64,000 nt of DNA from positions 207,988 to 271,987 of the forward strand of contig JAHJYC010000004.1 of assembly GCA_018826905.1 (NCBI GenBank), in the 5' to 3' direction. The notes beneath the pieces were generated by a model, which searched no databases, was not told the origin of the DNA, and saw only the letters and a program-made list of their open reading frames with translations. The position numbers and the translations under genes are program-made. Each line of letters opens with the position of its first letter. Position 1 is the first letter of the stretch. This DNA comes from Patescibacteria group bacterium. Lineage in GTDB: Bacteria > Patescibacteriota > Minisyncoccia > Phycocordibacterales > Phycocordibacteraceae. This document shows, one piece after another, positions 46,313-55,507 of the stretch.

Positions 46313-48046
46313 TTATCCGAGATCTTCGTCGTCTGGGAAGATTTGTCCGCCAAGAGTGTTTACTTCCTCAAACGGAATCTCGCCTGCTAACGCTTTCATG
46401 ATAGCATCCTCGCGCATTGTGATCATTCCCTTTGCGCGAGCAGCTGCATATACCTCTTCCTCAACGGGGTTTGTGAGCACTACATGTTCTAGCTCCTTGT
46501 CCATGCGCAAAAACTCAAACACTGCCAAACGCCCTCTTGTTCCATTGGGACAATCTGCTGTTGGGTTTGCTGTATAGAAGGACTTAAACTCTGGTAGCTT
46601 TTTACGGTGCTCCTCTGGCAGATCTGCAAACTGCTTATCTAGCATGCCATGTAAGCTTTCCGTTATAGGTACTGCCTTCCCTGCCCCCGGACACAGTCTG
46701 CGCACCAGACGCTGTCCTACGGCAGCAATCAAAGTTGGTGCTATCAAATACGGATCAACACCCATATCTACAAGACGCGGAATAACTCCCGCTGCAGTAT
46801 TCGTGTGAATGGTTGAAAATACGAGGTGTCCGGTGAGCGCTGCTTGAATCGCAAGCTGTGCTGTTTCTTTATCACGAATCTCTCCCACCATAATAATGTC
46901 GGGGTCCTGTCGCAAGATTGAACGAAGTCCTGCTGCGAATGTGTATCCAATTTCCGGACGTACTTGAGATTGAGAGACACCTTTAATTTCATACTCAACA
47001 GGATCTTCAACAGATACTACGTTTGCAGTTTCCCTGTCTAGCTCAGAAAGCATAGAGAAGAGCGTCGTTGATTTTCCTGAACCTGTTGGTCCTGCAATAA
47101 GTACGATGCCGTAAGGCTTCTTTATGATTTCTCGTACCTGAGCTAAATCCGTTTCGGACAATCCAATTGTTTCAAGTGTAGCGATTGATTTAGCGCTATC
47201 CAAAATACGCATCACCACCTTTTCTCCTCCTTGAGTTGGGAAAGTGGACACACGGAAATCAATACGTCGTCCTTCAACAGTAGCAGAGAAGCGTCCGTCT
47301 TGCGGCTTTCGCTTCTCGTCAAGTCGCATCTGAGAAAGAATCTTAATACGAGCAATAACTGCCTGATGCACTTTTGCAGGGAGCTCCAAAGAGGTGTGCA
47401 AATCTCCGTCCATACGGAACCGAACCTTCGTCTTTTCTGGTGACGGTTCTACGTGAATGTCTGATGCTCCTCCTTCAACTGCATACCTTAGTATTGTGGC
47501 TACGATCTTCGTAACTGGAGCATCTGCCTTGATAGTGGTTTCAACAGGTGTATTAGGCTTTCCCCCAATCTCTCCTATAGATTCAGACCCCTCAAACTCA
47601 GACAACGCTTCTCCCACTTCTCCTGAAAGGTTTTCATACTCCTGCAACACCTGATCAAAGTCGCTGTGGTTTATCAGAAAAATCTTATAGGGCATCCCTG
47701 CACGGGAAGAAATAAACTGGAGTGCATCCAATGCTTCAATGTTTTCAGGATCAAGTACTCCCACGGAAAGTGCTCCGTCTTTAACCTCAAGCGGAACAAA
47801 CTGGTAGTGTCGTGCAGACTCTTCTGGAATATATTCCAGTGCACTCTGGTCAGCATTCTCTGCAGGAAGATTCCGATACGGAATACCGTACTTTTCAGAC
47901 GCAACTGCATATGCCTTTTCTACGGGGACTCCCTGCTTCTCTATAAGCTCGTCAACAGATCCTCCCTCACTTACGCCCTTCTGTACCTCAGCAGCAGCTT
48001 CCGCAGTTAAAAGTCCTTTCTCTGTAAGTAGTTCAACTAAGTTCAT
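46313..48046 (-). CDS. pilB: Type IV pilus assembly ATPase
   Basis: ASDIHVEP, PQDGRF, GPTGSGKSTT, RQDPD and GEIRD. Confidence 0.93.
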   Translation of the reverse strand: MNLVELLTEKGLLTAEAAAEVQKGVSEGGSVDELIEKQGVPVEKAYAVASEKYGIPYRNLPAENADQSALEYIPEESARHYQFVPLEVKDGALSVGVLDPENIEALDALQFISSRAGMPYKIFLINHSDFDQVLQEYENLSGEVGEALSEFEGSESIGEIGGKPNTPVETTIKADAPVTKIVATILRYAVEGGASDIHVEPSPEKTKVRFRMDGDLHTSLELPAKVHQAVIARIKILSQMRLDEKRKPQDGRFSATVEGRRIDFRVSTFPTQGGEKVVMRILDSAKSIATLETIGLSETDLAQVREIIKKPYGIVLIAGPTGSGKSTTLFSMLSELDRETANVVSVEDPVEYEIKGVSQSQVRPEIGYTFAAGLRSILRQDPDIIMVGEIRDKETAQLAIQAALTGHLVFSTIHTNTAAGVIPRLVDMGVDPYLIAPTLIAAVGQRLVRRLCPGAGKAVPITESLHGMLDKQFADLPEEHRKKLPEFKSFYTANPTADCPNGTRGRLAVFEFLRMDKELEHVVLTNPVEEEVYAAARAKGMITMREDAIMKALAGEIPFEEVNTLGGQIFPDDEDLG

Positions 48047-48049
48047 GCA

Positions 48050-48361
48050 TTAAGGTTGTGCGGCAGCCCCTCCAAGCGGAGCAAATGGATCGGTGCGTCC
48101 CGAAGCTTCAGGAACGATAAGAGTATGAATATCTTGCAATTGAAGGAACCGCGGATCATTCAATACCTTTGGACTGAATGAGATTGGATCCAGCTGTGCA
48201 GCGAGAAGGAGGAATGTAGACTGTGCTTCGCTCGTAGGGACTGCACTGTCTGTAGTGATGGTATCAATCTCTGGAGTACGTCCCATAAAGAAATACGCAA
48301 CAGCTCCAAGTACAACAATACCGACTGCTATATAGGTGAGATTTTTTCGTGACATGTTCAT
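48050..48361 (-). CDS. Small membrane protein of the pil cluster
   Basis: N-terminal TM and GRTDPFAP (resembles the RDPF motif of PilP). Confidence 0.65.
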   Translation of the reverse strand: MNMSRKNLTYIAVGIVVLGAVAYFFMGRTPEIDTITTDSAVPTSEAQSTFLLLAAQLDPISFSPKVLNDPRFLQLQDIHTLIVPEASGRTDPFAPLGGAAAQP

Positions 48362-48372
48362 ATATATAGGTA

Positions 48373-48924
48373 TTAGCGGAGCCAGTACAATCTGAAGGTT
48401 ACTTCATAGGTGTACACGCTGGTCTCAGAGTCTTTGACTACAATCTCCACCACGTCTAGCGGGCGCAGACTATTCTCAACTCCCTCAAGGAACGTGCGGA
48501 ACGCAGCGTACGATCCTACTGCTGAGACAGACAGATCAAGTGAATCGTAGGGAGTCTGTGGACCTAACTGAGACGTATCAAATGTATTCCCTTCCTCTTT
48601 GTTTTGCGCAACATCAAAGTCAGACAGCTGCACTCCTGAGCGAGCCGCTAAAGAGTTAAGGTCTAAAATAAGTTGCACGTTATCTACACTATCAGGGAGA
48701 AACGTCTCTAGCCGCAGAAGTTGCTCAGCAGATAACTGATCCTTCTCAGTTGCCAGCTGAACTTCCTTTTGCTTAAAGCGCTTTGCGGCCTCAAGTGCGA
48801 GCTTGTAATTATCAATTTCCGCAGAGAGTGCTGTTATGTTTCCCGTATACGTCGGGTGTATGTATCCTGCAAATAGACCAATTGCAGCGAGGATGAGAAC
48901 AACGGGAAGAAGTCGTGTAATCAT
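48373..48924 (-). CDS. pilO: PilO-like protein
   Basis: TM, coiled coil, LP and GSY..F..FL..VE...R. Confidence 0.78.
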   Translation of the reverse strand: MITRLLPVVLILAAIGLFAGYIHPTYTGNITALSAEIDNYKLALEAAKRFKQKEVQLATEKDQLSAEQLLRLETFLPDSVDNVQLILDLNSLAARSGVQLSDFDVAQNKEEGNTFDTSQLGPQTPYDSLDLSVSAVGSYAAFRTFLEGVENSLRPLDVVEIVVKDSETSVYTYEVTFRLYWLR

Positions 48925-49598
48925 AGGACAGGTGATGAAGTTGCCGGAGTCGTCGTAGCCGCAGGCACACTTGTATCAATACCAGGAAGTGTTGACTCAG
49001 GGAGCGGTTCAATCAGAGTAGCGTCTCCAGCTAATACGAGACGAGGGTCCAGTTCAGCAGTCAGCTCAAAGCTCACTGTTCCTGTGGTATTTACCGTGAT
49101 GCTTGAGAAAATAGCACGCTTGATTCGTTTCTCACTCGCAAACGCTTCGCTTTGTGCAGCGAGTGCATTAAAAGTGCGAGCAACTCCCTCCATCTTTATT
49201 TCTGCTGAACGGTCGTCTAGCACAGAAAGTGTGAGTGACCCAAACCGTACGCTCTGCAATGTGTGCTTTTCTAGCACGTCAAAGAATTGAGAGCTGTAGA
49301 CGTGCTGATTCAAAAGAGTCTGCGCAGAATCAAGACGGTTACGAAGTCGTATGAACCCTTCAATTGTATCCTCGTTAATAGCATCCTGTGCGCGCTGAAG
49401 TTCTGCTGCCTTCGCATCACGGACATTTTCCAAATACAGCTTGTATCCAAAGGTTCCTCCTGCACCAACAACAGCAACTCCGACTATAATGCTGGCAACA
49501 ATAAGAAAGGCATTCATTCCGCTTTGCGGACGACGCATGCCAGTTGTTACTGGTTGTTTTGGAACGAACGAAGTTGGTATCGTTGGAGGTATCGCCAC
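48921..49598 (-). CDS. PilN-like protein
   Basis: TM plus coiled coil, located between pilM and pilO. Confidence 0.7.
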   Translation of the reverse strand: MAIPPTIPTSFVPKQPVTTGMRRPQSGMNAFLIVASIIVGVAVVGAGGTFGYKLYLENVRDAKAAELQRAQDAINEDTIEGFIRLRNRLDSAQTLLNQHVYSSQFFDVLEKHTLQSVRFGSLTLSVLDDRSAEIKMEGVARTFNALAAQSEAFASEKRIKRAIFSSITVNTTGTVSFELTAELDPRLVLAGDATLIEPLPESTLPGIDTSVPAATTTPATSSPVL

Positions 49599-49654
49599 AG
49601 TATATATAAGTATACGGTCTTATCCCTTATTGTGCGCATGCTTTATGCACAGTA

Positions 49655-50743
49655 TTACCCGAGCTCTTCCAGCTTACGAAGTGCAAGCCCAACAGCAACA
49701 GCAAACTCAGGCCCAATTGATTCTAGTACTGGCTTCATGAATGCTGGAGCTTGCGTCTTTCCAAACGGATTTGCAATATGCACATCCATTGCAAAGAATG
49801 TCTTCGCATACTGCTCCAGTTCCTTTGTTACCCCTCCTCCTCCGGTAAGGATAAGGCTTACAGCCTTCTTTTGATGATTGTTTTCATATTGGCTAAGTGC
49901 ACGCTTCGCCTCTTCAAAAATTCGCGAGAACACGAGCTCAATACTTCGCAAATCATAGGTGCCCTCCTCTTGAGCAAATCCATGTTCCTTCTTTAGGTTC
50001 TCTGCCTTCCCAACGGTAAGTCCCTGAGAAGTTGCAATAGTGCGTGTCACGTCTTGTCCGCCCTGAGGAATATTATGAGAGAGCGCAACGACTCCATGCT
50101 CAACGACATACACCTTTGTTGCAGAGGCTCCAATATCAAGCACCATCACCGGCTTCACGGGCTCGTCAACAACTGAACGAATAGTGCTAAAGATTTCTAT
50201 TTCATAAAATGAAGCAGCAAGTTCTGCTCCTCGCACCACACCCTCAAGCAAGGAGAGTTCGTCGTTATGCACAGCAACGAGAAGTACCTGTACCTTCTGT
50301 GGTTTCTCCGCGCCCTCAGGGAGAGCCTGTGGGATTATGAAATAATCCAGTTGCACTTCTGAAACGGGAACAGGAATATATTTCCTCGCCTCAAGCTCAA
50401 TAACGGTCTTTTGTTCGTCTGGATCGTCTCGTCTTGGCAACTCAACAAGAGTGAGCAAGGAACGAGAGAACGGAATAGAAATACCCGCATCTTTAGTCGT
50501 TACGTTTGCCTCTCGCATTAAGTCTCTTAGGGACTCTGCAATGGTATCTGCAGGAAGATTGGTTGCTTGACCTGCTTCTCCTCCAGCGTAGGGGCCCAGT
50601 GCTAACTCTCCATAGGTTTCAAGCACTGCCGTAGCTCCTTCGCGACGCAACTGCACAACCTTCAAAGAAGAAGAGCCTACGTCAACACCAATGACGCTTC
50701 TGCCACTTTTGCTTGATCCAAAGAGATTGCTAAGGAAGCCCAT
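49655..50743 (-). CDS. pilM: Type IV pilus assembly protein PilM
   Basis: GVDVGSSSLKVV, EARKYIP, LDIGA, LTGGG and AVAVGLALR. Confidence 0.92.
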   Translation of the reverse strand: MGFLSNLFGSSKSGRSVIGVDVGSSSLKVVQLRREGATAVLETYGELALGPYAGGEAGQATNLPADTIAESLRDLMREANVTTKDAGISIPFSRSLLTLVELPRRDDPDEQKTVIELEARKYIPVPVSEVQLDYFIIPQALPEGAEKPQKVQVLLVAVHNDELSLLEGVVRGAELAASFYEIEIFSTIRSVVDEPVKPVMVLDIGASATKVYVVEHGVVALSHNIPQGGQDVTRTIATSQGLTVGKAENLKKEHGFAQEEGTYDLRSIELVFSRIFEEAKRALSQYENNHQKKAVSLILTGGGGVTKELEQYAKTFFAMDVHIANPFGKTQAPAFMKPVLESIGPEFAVAVGLALRKLEELG

Positions 50744-50763
50744 GCGAGAATTGTAGCATTGGT

Positions 50764-51354
50764 ATGAATCTTGCACGCATATTCCTTGACTGTATATTCC
50801 CTCCAAGAAAAACAGAACGCATTACGCGGTCTCTTTCTGTGGAAGAGGTGCGGGTTCTCTTGTCTCCCATATCCGTCACTCCACACATAACCGCCTTACT
50901 CCCCTATCGCACTCCGCAGGTCTCCGCACTTATTCGTGAGGCAAAGTTTAAGGACAATGCGCACGCGCAAAAGATTCTTGGTGTCCTATTACATGACTAT
51001 TTAAAAAAGGAAGAGATTTTGGGCGCAGTATTCGTCCCTATACCGCTGTCTTCAGTGCGCCACAAGGCACGCGGATACAATCAAGTAGAGCGAGTACTTA
51101 CGAGTGCCGGGATTCCCTATGTGCCGAGCCTGCTGCTACGCACCAGAGACACCGTACCCCAGACAAGCCTACGGGCATCCCATAGAAAGACGAATCTGAA
51201 GGACGCTTTCAAGGTACAGGGGCTTATAGACCCAAACTGTACCTATATAGTGCTAGACGACGTTAGTACTACTGGAGCAACTCTCATTTCAGCTATAGAA
51301 ACCCTTACAACAGCTGGCGCGGTAAAGGTACGCGGTATCACATTGGCGCATTAG
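50764..51354 (+). CDS. comF: ComF family competence protein (PRTase domain)
   Basis: VPIPL, RGYNQ and LDDVSTTGATL. Confidence 0.88.
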   Translation: MNLARIFLDCIFPPRKTERITRSLSVEEVRVLLSPISVTPHITALLPYRTPQVSALIREAKFKDNAHAQKILGVLLHDYLKKEEILGAVFVPIPLSSVRHKARGYNQVERVLTSAGIPYVPSLLLRTRDTVPQTSLRASHRKTNLKDAFKVQGLIDPNCTYIVLDDVSTTGATLISAIETLTTAGAVKVRGITLAH

Positions 51355-51379
51355 GGCGAAAATGATACTTTGTAGTGAC

Positions 51380-51466
51380 GGAGACGTGGCTGAGTGGTCG
51401 AAAGTACCTCACTGCTAACGAGGCGAGCTGTAAAAGGCTCCGAGGGTTCGAATCCCTCCGTCTCCG
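51380..51466 (+). tRNA. tRNA-Ser(GCT)
   Basis: GGAGACG-TGGCTGAGTGGTCGAAAGT-A-CCTCA-CTGCTAA-CGAGG, a long variable arm, then GAGGGTTCGAATCCCTC-CGTCTCC-G. Confidence 0.95.
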
Positions 51467-51486
51467 CCCGAAGGATTACGTGACAG

Positions 51487-51521
51487 AAAGAAAAACCCGC
51501 CTTATGGCGGGAATTTCTTTT
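51487..51521. terminator. Bidirectional terminator
   Basis: AAAGAAAAACCCGCC-TTAT-GGCGGGAATTTCTTT. Confidence 0.75.
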
Positions 51522-51535
51522 ATTTCAACGAAGCG

Positions 51536-53779
51536 TTAGGGCTTCAGAGTACTCCACTTGTCTACTAACACTTTCAACTGCGCAGCAAGTGAAGCAAGTG
51601 CTGCATCAGCTCCAACAATTGCACTTGCGCCAAGCACCTCGGGTGCAATAGTCTTCGTGTTCGTAGGTCCTGGATTTATGAGTGGTCCAGTAGTGTCCTC
51701 TATGATGAGGGATCCTGTCGCGAGGGTCGCGTTATTTGCTGAAAGCGTAACGCTGTACTTCCCAGGAGAAAGCGAAGGAGACACTGTTACGGACCATCGC
51801 CCATTTTTCACAGTAACGTCTCCACTTCCGTATACCTTATCTCCGTTTGCAATTGAGATTCCAACAGTATTGGCATTAGTTGCTGTACCGCTGATTGTTG
51901 GGTTGCCTGAGTATGCGTAGAGCGAACTGCTATCAATTGAGCCTGAAGCCGTTGGCGATGAAACCAAGACTGCAATCCTCTTTTCTGAGCGAGGAGCATC
52001 CTCCTTACCTGTCTGTGAACCGTTAACACAGTTGAGACGATAGACCATCGTAGACGACGGAGTGAGTGTCATAGACCCATTCACACCGATGTAATACTCG
52101 TTCGTAGTAGACATAAGGCTACACTGCGTCGCATTCTTTGTTGACCATGAGAGGGTCGTAGCACCTCCGCTCACAATTTGGCTTGGTGAGGCCGTAAAAG
52201 AGATAGTCGGTTTCGGACCAAGATCTATATCTCGGCGATATATCTCCTTCTTTCCCCATGTGCAATATATGCCTGTGCCTGGATTGTTTGTCGCGTTAAG
52301 TTTGCAATTCTCCAGTGCTGCAGCTTCCGTGATGTTCTTTGTCTCTATAAAGAGTCGTCCATTCATGTACCCGCGATACGTATCGGTTGCAGTAGTATCG
52401 TCAATCGTTACTCTAAGTGCCGTAACGGCGATTGGCACTGTCCCTACACCAGAAGTGAGCATGAGTGAGTACACTTCAGTCTTTCGGGGCAGGTCTGGAG
52501 AAACAGTGACTGCCCAGCGACCATTCACGACTTTGATCTGCGTGTCCCTAAACATACGCTGACCATTTTTGTCAGTAATCGTAAGCGCAACAGTAGATGT
52601 GTTGCTTGCCAAACCTGTAATACGGGGAGCTGTTGTGGTTACCTCAACACCAGCAGACCCTGGAGCTACATCAAACGAGCCTGTTGGCTTCAGTGTTGTA
52701 TCCCCCGTGTCTGGAATCCAAATCTGATCCGTCTGAAAATCTCCGTTATCATACGGTGCCGGTATGTACTGGTACGTTTGTATACCAGCCGCAAGACGGT
52801 ACACCCCATCTATATGCACGCCATACGCCGCTGACGTCGTTGGGTCCAGCGTCACGGTAAGTGTAAATGTTTCAGTATCTCCTTCTTGAACTACGTACGC
52901 TCCTCCCAGCTTGTCACCAGTAGAAGTTAGTACAGCTGACGATGTCCCGTTGAATGTAGGACTGCCCGCGATTCTGTACACAACACCAGCCTTGGGTGAT
53001 GTGTTTGCTGTTCCAGGAATTACGATGTCAGAGTTTCCGGCAGAGACGTCAAACTTTATCGTGTACGTTCCATACGAGTTACTTACAGGACTCAATGTTG
53101 TTACAGATTGACTTGCGCTCACTGCCTCAATCCACACACCCTCAAGCGAAAGAATATGTTCAGCTGATACCGCAGTACCTGCAACACGTGGCTTCCCTCC
53201 TGTCTCAAGATTTACTGCAGAAACACCCTCTCCACTGAGAGAAAACTCTATAGTAGTGCCTAACTCGTACGCGCTCTTTGAGGCAGCGAACGCGACCTCA
53301 AGTTCAAATGTTTCAGTATCTTCAGCTTTAATCTCTGCATCCATATTTCTGAACACAATGGATCCATCCTCTTTCCTCTCAATAACACCATTGTAATAGT
53401 CTCCATCAAATGAAAGTGTTGCTGAATCTACAAGAGCGCTTGTTTTCAAAGTACCAAGAGTCTCTGTGTCTAAAACCAGTTCAGATACTTCTATATCCTC
53501 ATCAGTTGTATTCTCAAGTTCAAACACAAATACGGTATAGTCCTCAGAAACCTGAGTCTCACTTACCTCTAGAGTTGCTGCATCAGGATTCTCCGCACTC
53601 TCGTGTAGTACGAGATCAGCATTGCGTGCCTGAAGCTGTGCCTGAAGCAATGCGAGTTGAGCCAAAAGCACTTGTATCTGCGCCTGCAAGGACGATATGG
53701 ACTGAGCACTCGCTGCGTTTGGTATGGAAAGTGCCAGGACGAGCGTAAAGACGACAGCGATGTTTCTAAGTTTCAACAT
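51536..53779 (-). CDS. Large secreted S-layer/Ig-like surface protein (partial paralog of 19987..21780)
   Basis: Signal peptide, coiled coil LQAQIQ.LLAQL, beta domains shared with 19987..21780, and two P.I.G.A...V.NGRW.VTVSP.L Ig-like repeats. Confidence 0.8.
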   Translation of the reverse strand: MLKLRNIAVVFTLVLALSIPNAASAQSISSLQAQIQVLLAQLALLQAQLQARNADLVLHESAENPDAATLEVSETQVSEDYTVFVFELENTTDEDIEVSELVLDTETLGTLKTSALVDSATLSFDGDYYNGVIERKEDGSIVFRNMDAEIKAEDTETFELEVAFAASKSAYELGTTIEFSLSGEGVSAVNLETGGKPRVAGTAVSAEHILSLEGVWIEAVSASQSVTTLSPVSNSYGTYTIKFDVSAGNSDIVIPGTANTSPKAGVVYRIAGSPTFNGTSSAVLTSTGDKLGGAYVVQEGDTETFTLTVTLDPTTSAAYGVHIDGVYRLAAGIQTYQYIPAPYDNGDFQTDQIWIPDTGDTTLKPTGSFDVAPGSAGVEVTTTAPRITGLASNTSTVALTITDKNGQRMFRDTQIKVVNGRWAVTVSPDLPRKTEVYSLMLTSGVGTVPIAVTALRVTIDDTTATDTYRGYMNGRLFIETKNITEAAALENCKLNATNNPGTGIYCTWGKKEIYRRDIDLGPKPTISFTASPSQIVSGGATTLSWSTKNATQCSLMSTTNEYYIGVNGSMTLTPSSTMVYRLNCVNGSQTGKEDAPRSEKRIAVLVSSPTASGSIDSSSLYAYSGNPTISGTATNANTVGISIANGDKVYGSGDVTVKNGRWSVTVSPSLSPGKYSVTLSANNATLATGSLIIEDTTGPLINPGPTNTKTIAPEVLGASAIVGADAALASLAAQLKVLVDKWSTLKP

Positions 53780-53951
53780 GAAGTTTTGGTGAGAGTGAGT
53801 AACTACACAAACCTTAGCCGGGATGCTGAAATACACAAGAGCACGGAAGTGCATAAAGACAAGCACAATTAAGAATATTGACAATACAGAAATTATGTAC
53901 TACTGTGTTCTCCAGTACAGTCATGCTGGGCATTGGGCCCTAATGGAGAAC

Positions 53952-54515
53952 ATGATGAAGAAGATCCTTTTTGGAGTTATGGCTGCCGGGGCCATGTTGG
54001 CTGCGGCAGGAGGGGCGAATGCACAAGTTCGCCAGGACACAGTCACGCTGCCCGACGGTTCAACCGTCGCCATCGTGACGACGCGCGAGGGTGGCTGGCT
54101 TCGCAGCCAGGAGACCGGACGGCTGGTCTTCCACTGCACCCCACAGTGCGGACTGGCGCAGGCGACCAACGGAAGCTCGCCCGGTATCTTGCCGGGGTTG
54201 GTCGGAAACCTGATCAATGGCTTCAGCATCGTGCGCGCGGCCGAAGTTCTGCGTCCGTCGGAGACCCACGTCTCCAACTACGCAGGCGGCGGCAACGCAG
54301 ACGCCTGGTCGGACGCGTATGTCCGAAATGACGTCACCAACGAGAACGAGACGTCGGTGGACGTGGACGCCCGCAACAACGGCACCACCCCGCCGCCCCT
54401 TCCGCCGATCACACCGCCCTGCTGTGTGGGCCCGACGCCTCCCTTCCCGCCTCCGCCTCCTCCTCCACCACCTCCTCCGCCTCCGCCGCCCTTCCCGGTA
54501 ACTCCCGGGAACTAG
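53952..54515 (+). CDS. High-GC secreted protein with a polyproline C-terminus
   Basis: GGAGA Shine-Dalgarno, signal peptide ending GGANA, poly-Pro tail and its own terminator. Confidence 0.7.
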   Translation: MMKKILFGVMAAGAMLAAAGGANAQVRQDTVTLPDGSTVAIVTTREGGWLRSQETGRLVFHCTPQCGLAQATNGSSPGILPGLVGNLINGFSIVRAAEVLRPSETHVSNYAGGGNADAWSDAYVRNDVTNENETSVDVDARNNGTTPPPLPPITPPCCVGPTPPFPPPPPPPPPPPPPPPFPVTPGN

Positions 54516-54534
54516 GGGACGGAACGACAAAACC

Positions 54535-54563
54535 AAGGGCCTGTCTTCGGACGGGCCCTTTTT
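54535..54563 (+). terminator. Intrinsic terminator
   Basis: AAGGGCCTGTC-TTCG-GACGGGCCCTTTTT. Confidence 0.85.
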
Positions 54564-55415
54564 CTATTCTTCCAACAAACTGTTTAGCTGAGCAGTAAAT
54601 TCCTTTGGTGGAATTGTTGCGACATTCTGAATTTCAGCCTTCTTCTTCGTAAGATCATACGCCTCTCGCACCTCCTCTTTTGTGGCACTCCCTAGCGCTA
54701 TAAATCCCTGATCCATTAAATACAGATCTGCATATCCAGTAAGTTGCCAAGCAATGTCATACGGGAGTGTGTTGGGTGCTATATCGTTCACAATATGAGC
54801 AAGAGCGTTCGTACAGTTCTCTGTAAGCGTATTGTAAAAGCGAGGCGTCTCAGCAAGAGTATTAGTTTTCTCTATTACTCCACGGAAAAGCCCTTCGCGC
54901 ATCTCTGACGTGAGTGAAAGCGGGTATCTGTGTATCGGATGATCCAGATACAGCAACCGTCTTGCTATAAAATCTCGTTCTGTTCCCCACTGGTACGCAA
55001 GTTCGTACTCTTTAAATAACCCGCGGATTGCAGAATAGTCTTCTCCAACTTCGCGTTTCGCTTCTACAGAGAAAGAAAGTACGGTACCGTCCTCAAACTC
55101 AAAAGAAAGAAAGGTGTGCCCCACAGCTTCCCAAGAAGAAAATGGTTCTGTGACAAACCACACTTGAGTGACCCTTGCTGGATCTACCGTGATGTCTTCC
55201 CATTCCTTTTCAAGAATAGTTAGATCTCCGTATGTCCAGTTGCGGACATTCTTTATTGCTACTTTTCCCTCCTGCGTATATGTAGCGCTCATTGTCTTAG
55301 AGAACTCCTGAGACCAATCACGATTACCCTCTGGAGACTTAAGACTTATAGATACGAGCAGCAGAACAACTGCTATAGAGGCAAGTACAAGCACTAGCTT
55401 AAGGGGAAACTTCAT
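54564..55415 (-). CDS. DUF4105 domain protein
   Basis: NVRNW.Y, GHTFLSF, SVEAKRE, ERD and FYNTLT.NCT. Confidence 0.8.
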   Translation of the reverse strand: MKFPLKLVLVLASIAVVLLLVSISLKSPEGNRDWSQEFSKTMSATYTQEGKVAIKNVRNWTYGDLTILEKEWEDITVDPARVTQVWFVTEPFSSWEAVGHTFLSFEFEDGTVLSFSVEAKREVGEDYSAIRGLFKEYELAYQWGTERDFIARRLLYLDHPIHRYPLSLTSEMREGLFRGVIEKTNTLAETPRFYNTLTENCTNALAHIVNDIAPNTLPYDIAWQLTGYADLYLMDQGFIALGSATKEEVREAYDLTKKKAEIQNVATIPPKEFTAQLNSLLEE

Positions 55416-55507
55416 TGCTGGAAGTGTAGCACTTTAGGAATCTATACTCATGGCTTCTTCAGCACTCTCCTTGATACAATTACTACATAATCAGTAACCT
55501 CTACTCT

